Origin: a virus
IMG/VR virus record: IMGVR_UViG_3300028920_000035
Location: 83,623 to 147,622 of that record
DNA: 64,000 nucleotides
Direction: 5' to 3' (one strand)
Below, one piece after another: positions 9,664 through 19,779 of this stretch (the stretch's first letter is position 1; each line of letters begins with the position of its first letter). The translations under genes and the position numbers were made by a program. The notes beneath the pieces are model-generated. The model was not told the DNA's origin. It was given only the letters and a program-made list of their open reading frames with translations, and made no database searches.

Positions 9664-12395
9664 AGCGACTACTCCGTGGTATCATTGCCTTCGACGACAA
9701 GACCCCTATGCACTTGTTGGTGGCCAATTTCCGCCGCCTTCGCACGAGCGGGTATCAGTGGCAGCCCACCGACAAGCAGATCTTCGACTTCTGTGCGGAC
9801 CACCTGCACCGCTACATGGAGATGCCATCCGTTCGTAGTCTGGTCGACTACTACGAGGTAGCCCACGACACCGAGGCGTTGGAGCGACTCAAGGACATCT
9901 CCAGCGCACAGCTCTACACGGACAGTGGGTATGCCCGTCTACTCGACGACGAGCTGGAGAAGCAGGTCCGCGTCAAGATGCGGGCCCTCGTCAAAGAAAC
10001 CAATGAGATCCTCGAAAGGGGGCTGACCTTTGGGGAGGGGCAGAAAAAGCGGCGCGTCCAAGGACCACGTGAGGCACTGGTGCATTTCACCGAGAAAGGG
10101 CATGACCTCCTACCCCCGGTCGGAAACGCCCTGACCCGTGGTGACCTACGCGATACTGTTGAGTGGGCTCGTGAACGCTACCACGAGGCCGAGATCAACA
10201 AAAGCAAGGTTTACGGCGCTTTCATGGGCCTCAACCACGTGGACACCCAATGCCATGGGTGCAAGCGCGGCGAGCTGTGGCTCCATGCAGCTTTCCCAGG
10301 CGAGTTGAAGACCGCCACAGCCCTGAACTGGGCCTACCACCTCGTCACGCGGTATAGGCACAATGTCTTCTATGTCAACTTGGAGATGAAGTACGAGCAG
10401 GTCATGACACAGGTCTATGTCCTGCACTCATCACACGCCAAGTGGGGGCGCCCCCCGCTCGACTATCGCAAGGCCCGTGATGGGGAACTGAGTCCCAAAG
10501 ACAAGGATTTTTACTTCGAAGTTCTCAACGACTTCGAGAGCAATCCCGAGTACTGTCGGTTCGAGCTTTGGTGCCCGGACCACAACGTGACGATTCAGTC
10601 GACTCGGACCGAAGCTGAGACACTCCATCGTAAGATGGACGTGGGAATGACGTTCATCGACCACGGAGGCATCGTGACGCCGCCTCCGGATCAGAAGGGG
10701 AAGGGTACTACCGAAGCTCTGAACGCGGTGATTCGAGAAACCAAGAAGTTTGCCCTGCATTTCAACAATGGCGAGGGGATGGCGATCTGCATGCTGTTCC
10801 AGATCAACCGCTTGGGGAAGGATGACGCCGACAAAAACGAGGGTCGCTACAAGATGAAAGCGTTGTCATACGCCAATGAGTGCCTAGTTGAAGGGACGTT
10901 GGTGCGAACGGCCAACGGCCTTGTCCCCATTGAGTGCGTCCCGAAAGGTATGCGCGTTTGGAGCAGTACGGGCTGGAAGACGGTTCAGGCTCGCTTGGAC
11001 AATGGCATTCGCGAAACTGTTGAAGTGCGTACCTCTGGAGGTCAAGCAATTCGAGTAACCCCAGACCATTTGTTTCGGACGTTGACACCAGAGGGCAAGG
11101 TTGGGTGGACCGCTGCCGCGGAGTTGAGGGGGCGGTGCGTGCTATCTGACCTGGTGACGTCCTGGGTGTCTGGAAAGGCAGTCACATTACCACCTCTAGT
11201 TATCCAGAAGTATGAGAAGCCCTCAGGAGAGCAGAGCACACCTTTGCAGACCCCTAAGGTCATGACTCCAGAGCTTGCGTACCTGCTGGGCGCTCACGAC
11301 GGCGACGGCCTAGCATTGGACGCCTATCGTGTAGGCTGGACGGGCAACCTCGAAGAGAGGGCCGTGTGCTGCCAGATTCAAACCGCATTTAAGGCTACGT
11401 TTGGGCACGAGATCAAGGAGACTAACTGTCCCTCACGGCCTGGTTCGTTTGAACTGACTAAATGGTCAAAGCCCTTGAAACGTTGGTGCCTTGAGGTTGG
11501 CATGGACCGTCAGCCCTGTATTAGCCCCTACGTGCTGCAAGCAGGGTCGGAAGTCCAGTGCTCGTATCTACGAGGCCTTTGGGATACGGACGGTAGCATC
11601 AACAATCAAGGTGTCTTGTCGATCAACATGGCCGCTGTCAAGGAGCCTCTTCTACGACAGGCCCAACTGCTGCTTGCGGGGTTGGGCATCGCCTCAACGT
11701 TGCGCCCTGGAAAGGACCGTTGCCTATTGTGGATCACGTCACAAGATGCGCGTGACCGGTTTGCTGCTGTCATTGGGCTCTCTGAGTCTTGGAAGCATCG
11801 TCGTCTACAGCTACAGGCCCGTAAACGACCCTTGGAAAAGGGAACCTGGCCCCTAGGCGAGGTCTACCTGAAGCTGTACGAACGCTATGCACGCAAGCGT
11901 GGATGCCTCGACGGCATGGTCTTCCACCGCACTTGCTCGGTGGCAGCAACACAGGTGCGAAAAGGCCGACGGGACGTCCCTCAAGGGGCGTTGGTCAAGC
12001 TCTTGAGTGCCCTTGGGGGTGTTTGTGACGATCAGGTCGATTTCTTGAAGGCATTGGTTCTCAACTGCCGCCCCCAAATAGTGGAGAGTGTCACACCTGC
12101 CGGTAAGGCCCCAGTGTATGACCTGGATGTGGGAGGAGACCACGAATTCTCTGCCGGAGGGCTTCTCGTTCACAATTGCGAACGGTCGGCGGACTACATC
12201 ACCACGACGTACCTGAACGACGAGCTGCGAGAGAGCGGGGAGACCATCATGTGCAATCTGAAGAACCGGGACAATCCGATCTTCAACCCCATCATCTTGA
12301 ACATCGACTGGGGTTCGCGGCGCCTCTACGACCGGTCTGTGCCCGGGGAAGACGACGCTGTCGAGGATGCTGATCTGATGACAGCCATGGCCTAG
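9660..12395 (+). CDS. DnaB-like replicative helicase with intein
   Basis: GELWLHAAFPGELKT (atypical P-loop), NLEM, FIDH, FQINR, and ANE|CERSAD after splicing. Confidence 0.88.
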   Translation: MKRLLRGIIAFDDKTPMHLLVANFRRLRTSGYQWQPTDKQIFDFCADHLHRYMEMPSVRSLVDYYEVAHDTEALERLKDISSAQLYTDSGYARLLDDELEKQVRVKMRALVKETNEILERGLTFGEGQKKRRVQGPREALVHFTEKGHDLLPPVGNALTRGDLRDTVEWARERYHEAEINKSKVYGAFMGLNHVDTQCHGCKRGELWLHAAFPGELKTATALNWAYHLVTRYRHNVFYVNLEMKYEQVMTQVYVLHSSHAKWGRPPLDYRKARDGELSPKDKDFYFEVLNDFESNPEYCRFELWCPDHNVTIQSTRTEAETLHRKMDVGMTFIDHGGIVTPPPDQKGKGTTEALNAVIRETKKFALHFNNGEGMAICMLFQINRLGKDDADKNEGRYKMKALSYANECLVEGTLVRTANGLVPIECVPKGMRVWSSTGWKTVQARLDNGIRETVEVRTSGGQAIRVTPDHLFRTLTPEGKVGWTAAAELRGRCVLSDLVTSWVSGKAVTLPPLVIQKYEKPSGEQSTPLQTPKVMTPELAYLLGAHDGDGLALDAYRVGWTGNLEERAVCCQIQTAFKATFGHEIKETNCPSRPGSFELTKWSKPLKRWCLEVGMDRQPCISPYVLQAGSEVQCSYLRGLWDTDGSINNQGVLSINMAAVKEPLLRQAQLLLAGLGIASTLRPGKDRCLLWITSQDARDRFAAVIGLSESWKHRRLQLQARKRPLEKGTWPLGEVYLKLYERYARKRGCLDGMVFHRTCSVAATQVRKGRRDVPQGALVKLLSALGGVCDDQVDFLKALVLNCRPQIVESVTPAGKAPVYDLDVGGDHEFSAGGLLVHNCERSADYITTTYLNDELRESGETIMCNLKNRDNPIFNPIILNIDWGSRRLYDRSVPGEDDAVEDADLMTAMA
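10881..12176 (+). mobile_element. Intein with LAGLIDADG endonuclease (432 aa) in DnaB
   Basis: CLVEGTLVRT ... TPDH ... YLLGAHDGDG, YLRGLWDTDG ... VYDLDV...GLLVHN|C. Confidence 0.95.
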
Positions 12396-12466
12396 AAAGG
12401 AATGCAGGATGGACTACAGAGATCGACAAGAGCGTGCGGAAGCGATAGGGCAACGAGAGGTATTCC

Positions 12467-12700
12467 ATGGCTGACCTGAAGAAGGAGCCGACGAAGGAGA
12501 GAATCAAGCTTGGCTGTCAATTCGGCCCGCACACGCTGACCGAGCTGGGCCCTTATCAGGGTTCGGGGTACCACATCACGATGCGCAGTTCGATGGACCC
12601 CCCGACGTGGGGAATCCAAACCCGCCACTTCAGTGTGGAGTTCACCGCGGCGGGCGACGTCGACATCGGGTGTTCCGACGGGAAGGAGCGGAGTGGCTAG
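12467..12700 (+). CDS. Small hypothetical protein
   Basis: 77-aa ORF with GAGG SD inside the replication operon. Confidence 0.5.
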   Translation: MADLKKEPTKERIKLGCQFGPHTLTELGPYQGSGYHITMRSSMDPPTWGIQTRHFSVEFTAAGDVDIGCSDGKERSG

Positions 12701-13361
12701 GGACTACGAACGTCAAGCCGCCGCTGAGGATGCGGTACACCAAGCCTGGCTAGATTGGCTGAAGCAGCGGGTCGATAACATCCACAATCATGTCACGGCC
12801 CACTCCATCCTTCAGCGGTTTGGCGTCGAGCTGGTAGCTTCGGACGACGACGAGGAGCAGTTCCGGTGCCCCTTCCACGGACTGGATCGGAAGCCTAGCG
12901 CCCGGGTGTACCCTTCGAGCCCGTTGGGACCGAGCCACGCCTGGTGCTTCGTCTGCCGTGAACGGTGGGATGCCATTGCCTTGTGGCGGAAATTCGGTGA
13001 CTCCAGCGCGAAGTTTTCGCAGTCCGTGCGCGAGATTGAAGACGCCTACGGATTGACGAGGCCCCCACGTCCGAATGGGTCCCAGCTGCCTGTGCCGCTG
13101 GACCCCAGCATCGAGGCAGCCAAGCTAGCCAAGGGGGAATTCGACCGCCTGCTGCTTGCGGTAGACCGCCGCCTGAAGTCGACCCGGAGCGTCTTCAGAG
13201 CGCTGGATGATCTCCAAGGATTCCTGGCCTTGGGGCAGGTAGCTGACAAGCTTGCGGGCGCGGTCGAGCGGGGCAAGGCTGACCCGGCCAAATCGATGCC
13301 AACGTTACGGCGTCTGCTGGACAAGATCGCGGAGAAGGTGCGGTCCGTACCGGAGGGGTGA
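12693..13361 (+). CDS. Stand-alone CHC2 zinc-finger (primase Zn-binding) protein
   Basis: CPFHGLDRKPSARVY...HAWCFVC...DAIALW; no TOPRIM domain; GTG 12693 after AAGGAG. Confidence 0.8.
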   Translation: MARDYERQAAAEDAVHQAWLDWLKQRVDNIHNHVTAHSILQRFGVELVASDDDEEQFRCPFHGLDRKPSARVYPSSPLGPSHAWCFVCRERWDAIALWRKFGDSSAKFSQSVREIEDAYGLTRPPRPNGSQLPVPLDPSIEAAKLAKGEFDRLLLAVDRRLKSTRSVFRALDDLQGFLALGQVADKLAGAVERGKADPAKSMPTLRRLLDKIAEKVRSVPEG

Positions 13362-13798
13362 TGCGGCAAGTCCAAATCAACTTGAGGGAACGTGGTGGCG
13401 ATGTGCAGGTTTTGCTCATTTCCTCACATCGAGGGTGCTGGGAAGAGCCTTGGGACTTGTTGCGTGGCACGGCCCCTGGGGCCCTGCTGAGCGTCGTTTT
13501 GCGAGAAGATGTGGAGCACGCTCTCCACGGTCTGTCTCAGCCTTTGAGTGCCGCCCTGGGCCTACCCCCAGAGGGGTGCCTGCTCAAGCTCCCGAAGACG
13601 GCTCGGCGCTGTCATCGAGAGCAAAAGTGCCCTCTTTACGACCCACGGGTCTGCCATCTCCAGAGTGGCAAGCTGCCGTTGAGTTTCGAGCCCGCCGGCT
13701 TCGACGACGACCGGCTCCGGCTCCAAATCGCGGAACTGGTCCGGTACTGGCGGGAAGAGGTGTATGTAGTAGTCGTCGAGGAGCCAGAGCCCGCATGA
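13361..13798 (+). CDS. Hypothetical Cys-containing protein
   Basis: Stop/start overlaps on both sides (TGATG, ATGA). Confidence 0.65.
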   Translation: MRQVQINLRERGGDVQVLLISSHRGCWEEPWDLLRGTAPGALLSVVLREDVEHALHGLSQPLSAALGLPPEGCLLKLPKTARRCHREQKCPLYDPRVCHLQSGKLPLSFEPAGFDDDRLRLQIAELVRYWREEVYVVVVEEPEPA

Positions 13799-16700
13799 GT
13801 GACGATGACGACGACCTGATGGCTGACGTGATGGCCGAGATCCTGCCCACTGCTGCCAAGGAGGAGCAGAAGGCACCTGATCTGGATTCTGACGAAGCGG
13901 CTGATCTGGACGATTTCATGGCCGGTATGAACCTCCAGCAGGAGGACACCATCGACCCTGAGCTGCTCAAGCCGTGGATGAAGTACCACAAGATGGAGCT
14001 GGTCCAGGACATCGGTCGGGTGAAGGAGGTCATCAACGGCGCCATCGAGTTCGGGACCTGCTCGCTCGATCTTGAATCCACGGGGCTTGACACCCGCATC
14101 GACTTCGACAGTGGGGGGAAGCCCCACACCAAGTCCAAGGTGGTGGGCTACTGCGTCGGCTACGACGGCAACGGTTACTACATCCCGGTGCGGCACAATT
14201 TCGACCCCATCATGGGCGAAGAGAATCCCAACGTCTCGCCCGCTCTGGTGGACCCCGAGATCACGCGCCTGTGTTACGCGGCTCAGCCGGTCCTGACGGA
14301 AGAAGGCAAGGCCAACGACCCTTTGGCGTCCAACGACATCGCCGAACCCGGTAAGGTCAAGCTCCTGTTCTGGCATGCCAAATTCGACCAGGAAATGCTG
14401 TACCCCGTCACAGGTATAGACTTCTGGCACCCGGAATCCTACGAGGACGGGATGCTCATGTTCTACTGCGTCTATAGCGACGACATGAGCTACGAATTGA
14501 AGCAAAAGGCCAAGCAGTTCCTGCGCATCAAAGACCCGGAAACAGGGGAAGAGTACCCCTACGAGATGATCAAGTACGACAAGCTGTTCCCGAAGGGTAC
14601 CCCCAAGGAGAACCGTCGTATCCACACGCGCTACCCCCGCCCCGACAACGAGGTCACGCGCTACGGTTGTTCAGACGCCATCTGCACGGAGCTGCTCTGC
14701 AAGCTCCCCTGGCTGGTCGAGAGGCTCGAAAAGACCAACCGAGGAATCTACCGTTTGGAGAAGATGACGACTCAGGCCGTGCGCATCATGGAACGGTCCC
14801 GAGTGCTCATCGACAAGGCGGCCATCGAGGCCGTGCGCCAAGAGGCCATCACAGCTCTTAAGGAAGTTGAGAAGCAGATCAAAGGCATCGCTGAGGGGGT
14901 CGGATTCCACGACTTTAATCCAGGCTCAACGGAACAGTTGGCATCCCTGCTCTTTGACAAGAAGTGGCTCAACCTTGAACCGAAGCCTGATAAGACCACC
15001 GAAGGGCAGTACAAGACCGACGCCAAGACCCTGGAAAAGTTGATGGAGCGCCCCGGCGCCCCGGCGATTCTCAAGCTGTCCCTGACCTACCGCCAGATCC
15101 AGAAGGTCCAGGGTACCTACCTCGACAAGATGGTCGAGAACGTTGACGAGTTTGATCAGCTACGGTTCGATTTCAAGCAGCATGGTGCTGCTACAGGCCG
15201 CTTCTCGGCGCCTCAGGAGCAGAAGGAGGAGCGTGCGTTTGGTCGGGAGGGCTACTCGGGCATCCCAATTCAAGGGATCCCCGCTCGCGACAACCCAAAG
15301 AAGCCAAAAGTGGCGGGCTCGCTCCGAAAGGGTTTCATCGCCCGGCCCGGCTACGTCATCGTGAAGGTGGACTACGCGGGGCAGGAACTGCGAATCGTCA
15401 CCAACCTGTCGGGCGAGCCCGTTTGGGAGAAGGAGTTCCTCGAAGGCACGGGCGACCTCCATACCATCACGGCGAAGGCGTTCTTCCCTGGTCTCCAGCG
15501 AACCGACCCCGACTTCAAGGTCAAGCGAACCTCGGGCAAGTGTGTCCACCCCGACACCCTCGTCTGCGGCGTCAAAGGCTATCGGCCTCTACGTAGCCTG
15601 ACGCTATTCCCAAAGGAAAGTGACCGATTTTTGGGGGCCTCGCCTCCCGACGTAGAGATCGACGGGAACCCCGTCGTCGATACCTACAACGGCGGAGTGA
15701 AGAAGCTCTACCATGTCGTGACGAGCAAGGGCATCGTCACTTGCACTGCCAACCATCGTTTCAGGCTTGCGAACGGTTCTCTGGTTCGAGCGGGGGACCT
15801 CCAAAAGGGACAAGAACTAGCTCCCGTTGAGCTTCCCTCGTTGAGGGGGAGGGTAGGGGCTTCACGTCGATTAGGTCTATGGAAGGGTGTGCCGAGGGGT
15901 GAGTATAGACTTGGACTTCCGGAATGCTACTTTGCAGGGCTGTACCTGGGAGATGGTACGGTCAGCAATTCGGGGGCACGGTTGACCCATGGTCGAATAG
16001 GGAAAACCTGCCCCCTGGGCGTACCCTACAAGGAGTGGCAGCAAATCTTGCTCAAGGCCTGCACTGACGTAGGGCTTGACCCCACTCCTGAGGCAACAAG
16101 CCTCTACCTAGGTAGCCGAGTAGTGGTACGCTATCTAGAAGCGTTGGAGTTGGTCGTACCTCGACCGGGTACAGCTCAAGGTCGCATGAAGAACCTGCGG
16201 GTGCCCTCGTGGGTGTTAGAGCAGGGGCAGAAAGGCTTCATGGCATTCCTGGCAGGGCTCTTAGATACTGACGGGTCGGTATCTCACCAAATGCATACTA
16301 TCGAGGTCACAACCAAGGATTTCATCTTCGCGGGACAGTTGGCAGCTCTGGCACAAGCCTGTGGGCTGCCCTTGAGCGTTGAACCAACTTTCAACAAGAC
16401 CTACCGCAAGCACTATGCCCGACTGCACCTGACGGTTGGGTCTGCGTGGTCCTTCCGTAAGCATTTGCGCCATCCAGGCAAGGTTCTTCGGCTAAAGGCC
16501 CCTCAAAAGCAGTCAAGTATAACCAACGAGAACATCGTCAAGAAGGTGTTTCCCGCTGGTAAGAGCGCTTGCCTCGACGTGACTATGGGCACAGTCGACC
16601 ACCTGTACCGTGCCAACGGGATGTTGACTCATAATTCGGCCAACTTCTCGCTCATTTATGGCGGCGGCGTTCAGGCGGTCATGCGTGCCACGGGTTGCGA

Positions 16701-19080
16701 TAAGACGGAGGCGGCTCGCAAACTCGGCAACTTCCACGACAGCGTGCCGAAGTTTGCCAAGTGGGTGAAGAAGCAGCACGCGGGGGTGAAGAGGCATCTG
16801 GGCGTGCGCACAGCATTCGGCCGTTTCATCGCCATTCCAAATGCAGCGGTGAAGGTTGGTGACGTCAAAAAGGACTATTGGGGTCGTCCCATCCTTAAGG
16901 AAGGGCAAGAGCAGCGGTTAACCGATAAGGACGTCCGCATCATGCGGTCCTCGTCCGAGCGAGTCAGCACGAATTACCCCATTCAAGGCTGTCTCGATTC
17001 AAGATCCTTGGTTAATACCCAAGATGGTTGGGTTTCTATCGGTAGTCTTGTTGAGGCTGGGCAACCTTTTGTAGTGTGGACCGGCTCTCGATGGGCCGAA
17101 GCAACAGCCCATGATATGGGCCCCTGCGAGCTGGCTGAGGTAAAGCTCAAGGACGGCACCATTGTTCGCTGTGACACTCGCCACAAGCTGCTGGTCGTCA
17201 GCGACGCTGGCTATCGGTGGGTCGAGTATCAAGACCTTGAGCCTGGCATGGCGGTAGCCACAGCGCTTTGCGAGCCTGTAGAGTATGAACCTTCACCTCT
17301 ACCGTCTATGAGCCAACGCGAACGGTCCCGCGCCCGACCCCAAATCAACGAACTAGAAGCGTTCTGGTATTGGATGGGGCGCTACGTGGGGGACGGTCGG
17401 ATCGACCATCGGGGAGGTATACAGTTCTTCTTTGGGGAGCATGAACGTGAGGCTGTCGACCGGTGCCTTCAATTTTGGGAGGTATTTGGCCTCAACTCAA
17501 CGTGGGGCCTCAAGATACACACGCCGCATAAAAAGGAGTCCTCTCGATACACGGTCAATGTGTGGAGCGTGGACCTTCTGGATTGGCTTAAAGAGTTGGG
17601 GTTTGAGCCCGCCACAGCTCACACCAAGCGATGCCCGCGCCGCATCTTCGGAGAGACTTTGGCTCACCGTCGAGCGTTTTTACGCGGCGTCATGGCGTCG
17701 GATGGCCGCAAGCCTCCGCTTGTTACGGCCAAAGGCAACCCCTACAACGTCCACCTCTGTCAGCGGCCGCTACTTGAGGACCTCAAGCTGTTGTTCCGCA
17801 GCGCTGGGGTCGAATCGGCCTTGCGAGGCCCTTACCGTAGTGGTGAAGACCAGAACGGCGACGATACGATCAGCTACCGTCTGGATCTGAACCGCCGGAT
17901 GTATGAGCGCCATGTCGTGGGCTGCACAGACGTTCGACATCCGAAGTTCTGCGACATGTTTGCGCCTCAGTTCTTGGTCGGTGAGCTTCTGAAAGCAGGC
18001 TCCTGGACACGTGCAGACTTCCCCGATGAGTCGAGCTATAATCTGTACTTACGCCTCAGAGTTGGAGGACGTGTCACGGTTTACACTTTGCAACGTCTCT
18101 GCCAACTGCTGGGCGTCAAGTTGCCGCTCCCTGTCTATGGGTTCAAGCGAATTGTCACAAAACAGGCACTAGGGTGTGTAGAGCACACCTACACGCTGAG
18201 TGTTCAGGACAAGCTGCATCGCTTCGAAGCTGATGGGGTCATCACCAAAAACTCGGGCGCCGACATCTGCAAGATCGCACTCGTCAAGTGCGTCAAGGCG
18301 TTCCACAAGCGTGGATGGTTGCGCAACGGCGGCGACGATTCCGTGCGGATGCTGATGACCGTCCACGACGAGATCGTGTTCGAGATTCGTGAGAGCCGGC
18401 TGATGGATGCCGTGCCAGTTATCAGCGAGGCCATGGAAAGCCCGGACAAGATGACGCGGCCCGCGTGGAAGGTGCCCCTGGTGGTGGAGCCCCTGGTGGG
18501 TCACAGCTGGGACGCTAATGTTGATTGGCTATCCATGATCAAGGGTGTGGACGAGGACGGTAAGCCCTATGAAGTGCCTGAATGGCTGCTCCCGATGATT
18601 GACCTGGAGCGAATTCGCAAGGACGAGGCCGCACGTTTGGAGCGCAAGGGTCAGCCTGCCCCAGTTGTCGCCAAGCCCCAGCCCACCAGTACGCCCGCGG
18701 GCGTACCCCCAGCAGCCGCCGCCACGACGGTGACCACAGCGTCTGCCCCAGCCAAGGTCAAGACGAATAGTTTCCCGAAAGAGACGAAGGAAGCCTACAA
18801 AACGGGCTCAATTGCCACGTTTGCTGTGACTCGGGAGCACCTGACACCAGATTCGGTGTGGATGATTGGCAATGCTCAACTGAACTGCCACCCTGTACGG
18901 GTGGCAGCCGAGCGGGGTTGTAGCAACCGCTGCAACCTGCGCCTGATCACTATCGAGGGGGACCTCCTGATCGACCCGGCGTTCAACAGCGACGGACGAT
19001 GGGACATTGACCCAGAGGCGTTCAGTCGCAAAATGAGGGAGCACAACTTCCCCTACGACTTCCGGATTGACGACAAGTGA
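13795..19080 (+). CDS. polA: Family A DNA polymerase (3'-5' exonuclease plus polymerase) with two inteins
   Basis: SLDLESTGLD ExoI, ATGRFS, VDYAGQELR motif A, RTSGK|SANFSLIYG motif B, NYPIQG|SGAD, MTVHDEIV motif C; ATG 13795 after GAGGAG. Confidence 0.93.
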   Translation: MSDDDDDLMADVMAEILPTAAKEEQKAPDLDSDEAADLDDFMAGMNLQQEDTIDPELLKPWMKYHKMELVQDIGRVKEVINGAIEFGTCSLDLESTGLDTRIDFDSGGKPHTKSKVVGYCVGYDGNGYYIPVRHNFDPIMGEENPNVSPALVDPEITRLCYAAQPVLTEEGKANDPLASNDIAEPGKVKLLFWHAKFDQEMLYPVTGIDFWHPESYEDGMLMFYCVYSDDMSYELKQKAKQFLRIKDPETGEEYPYEMIKYDKLFPKGTPKENRRIHTRYPRPDNEVTRYGCSDAICTELLCKLPWLVERLEKTNRGIYRLEKMTTQAVRIMERSRVLIDKAAIEAVRQEAITALKEVEKQIKGIAEGVGFHDFNPGSTEQLASLLFDKKWLNLEPKPDKTTEGQYKTDAKTLEKLMERPGAPAILKLSLTYRQIQKVQGTYLDKMVENVDEFDQLRFDFKQHGAATGRFSAPQEQKEERAFGREGYSGIPIQGIPARDNPKKPKVAGSLRKGFIARPGYVIVKVDYAGQELRIVTNLSGEPVWEKEFLEGTGDLHTITAKAFFPGLQRTDPDFKVKRTSGKCVHPDTLVCGVKGYRPLRSLTLFPKESDRFLGASPPDVEIDGNPVVDTYNGGVKKLYHVVTSKGIVTCTANHRFRLANGSLVRAGDLQKGQELAPVELPSLRGRVGASRRLGLWKGVPRGEYRLGLPECYFAGLYLGDGTVSNSGARLTHGRIGKTCPLGVPYKEWQQILLKACTDVGLDPTPEATSLYLGSRVVVRYLEALELVVPRPGTAQGRMKNLRVPSWVLEQGQKGFMAFLAGLLDTDGSVSHQMHTIEVTTKDFIFAGQLAALAQACGLPLSVEPTFNKTYRKHYARLHLTVGSAWSFRKHLRHPGKVLRLKAPQKQSSITNENIVKKVFPAGKSACLDVTMGTVDHLYRANGMLTHNSANFSLIYGGGVQAVMRATGCDKTEAARKLGNFHDSVPKFAKWVKKQHAGVKRHLGVRTAFGRFIAIPNAAVKVGDVKKDYWGRPILKEGQEQRLTDKDVRIMRSSSERVSTNYPIQGCLDSRSLVNTQDGWVSIGSLVEAGQPFVVWTGSRWAEATAHDMGPCELAEVKLKDGTIVRCDTRHKLLVVSDAGYRWVEYQDLEPGMAVATALCEPVEYEPSPLPSMSQRERSRARPQINELEAFWYWMGRYVGDGRIDHRGGIQFFFGEHEREAVDRCLQFWEVFGLNSTWGLKIHTPHKKESSRYTVNVWSVDLLDWLKELGFEPATAHTKRCPRRIFGETLAHRRAFLRGVMASDGRKPPLVTAKGNPYNVHLCQRPLLEDLKLLFRSAGVESALRGPYRSGEDQNGDDTISYRLDLNRRMYERHVVGCTDVRHPKFCDMFAPQFLVGELLKAGSWTRADFPDESSYNLYLRLRVGGRVTVYTLQRLCQLLGVKLPLPVYGFKRIVTKQALGCVEHTYTLSVQDKLHRFEADGVITKNSGADICKIALVKCVKAFHKRGWLRNGGDDSVRMLMTVHDEIVFEIRESRLMDAVPVISEAMESPDKMTRPAWKVPLVVEPLVGHSWDANVDWLSMIKGVDEDGKPYEVPEWLLPMIDLERIRKDEAARLERKGQPAPVVAKPQPTSTPAGVPPAAAATTVTTASAPAKVKTNSFPKETKEAYKTGSIATFAVTREHLTPDSVWMIGNAQLNCHPVRVAAERGCSNRCNLRLITIEGDLLIDPAFNSDGRWDIDPEAFSRKMREHNFPYDFRIDDK
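15541..16635 (+). mobile_element. Intein 1 of DNA polymerase (365 aa, LAGLIDADG) in motif B
   Basis: CVHPDTLV ... TANH ... FAGLYLGDG, FLAGLLDTDG ... NGMLTHN|S. Confidence 0.95.
16990..18252 (+). mobile_element. Intein 2 of DNA polymerase (421 aa, LAGLIDADG)
   Basis: CLDSRSLV ... WMGRYVGDG, FLRGVMASDG ... TYTLSV..HRFEADGVITKN|S. Confidence 0.93.
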
Positions 19081-19685
19081 TTCGCAAGAACGACTATATC
19101 CAGCTCTGCAACGAGCAGCGAGCACCAGACTTCGAGGCCAATGTCTGCATCCGGTGTGCTCAATTGGAGTGCTCACGGAGCATCGCGAGCCGGGTCAGCA
19201 AGTTCGATGACCGTACCCAGAACTGGCACGAGAGGCTGTTCACTGACGTGCCGCGCATGGCGGAAACCGACCCAAGATTTAGCCAGATCTCAGGCCAGAA
19301 GTTCATCGACATCCCCGGCAGGATTCCCGAGGTCGGGCTGGCACCACCGTCGGACTGGGTCGACCTCAACACCACTGAGCCTGGGGTGAGGGCGCCCCCA
19401 CGCAAGGTTGGACCTCCCTCACCCCAGCCGGCGCCCCCTGAGCCCAGTCTGGAACCCGAGCCCCCGGCATCTTCAAAGCTTCCGCTCGTGCGAATGATAA
19501 ACTCGCCATTGCAGACGAGCATCATGTTGGACGGTGCAAATGCAGCCGTCGCACCAGCGACGACTGACCCTTGGGCAGTGCCCATTCCGCCGGGCCACGC
19601 CCCCGCTCCAGAAACGGGCGGCGTGCAGAAAGTAAAGCCAGGGGCTACAATCCGCTTCGGGGGAGGGGGCGAGTCTAAAAAATGA
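19077..19685 (+). CDS. Hypothetical protein (Cys-rich N-terminus, Pro-rich C-terminus)
   Basis: GTGA overlap with the polymerase stop; CIRCAQLEC. Confidence 0.65.
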   Translation: MIRKNDYIQLCNEQRAPDFEANVCIRCAQLECSRSIASRVSKFDDRTQNWHERLFTDVPRMAETDPRFSQISGQKFIDIPGRIPEVGLAPPSDWVDLNTTEPGVRAPPRKVGPPSPQPAPPEPSLEPEPPASSKLPLVRMINSPLQTSIMLDGANAAVAPATTDPWAVPIPPGHAPAPETGGVQKVKPGATIRFGGGGESKK

Positions 19686-19721
19686 GCCCCCTCCAATTAC
19701 CGACGAATTGGGTAAGGGGCC

Positions 19722-19732
19722 CGGTGTATAGT
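19722..19732 (+). promoter_or_regulatory. CGGTGTA promoter-like motif (leadered, AGGAG SD downstream)
   Basis: CGGTG-TATAGT, 47 nt upstream of ATG 19780. Confidence 0.65.
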
Positions 19733-19779
19733 CCAGTACAACCCGATCAACCCAACCAACTCAGGAGTGAAACACACCC

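Noticed and set aside
13252-13794. 181-aa N-terminal extension of the DNA polymerase in the ORF track
   Set aside because: It overlaps two coupled genes and is R/P-rich shadow sequence; ATG 13795 has a GAGGAG SD and an ATGA overlap.
13636-14625. 329-aa minus-strand ORF and similar long antisense ORFs (54431-55312, 28487-29272, 33980-34735)
   Set aside because: Typical high-GC antisense shadows of well-supported genes, with no motifs.
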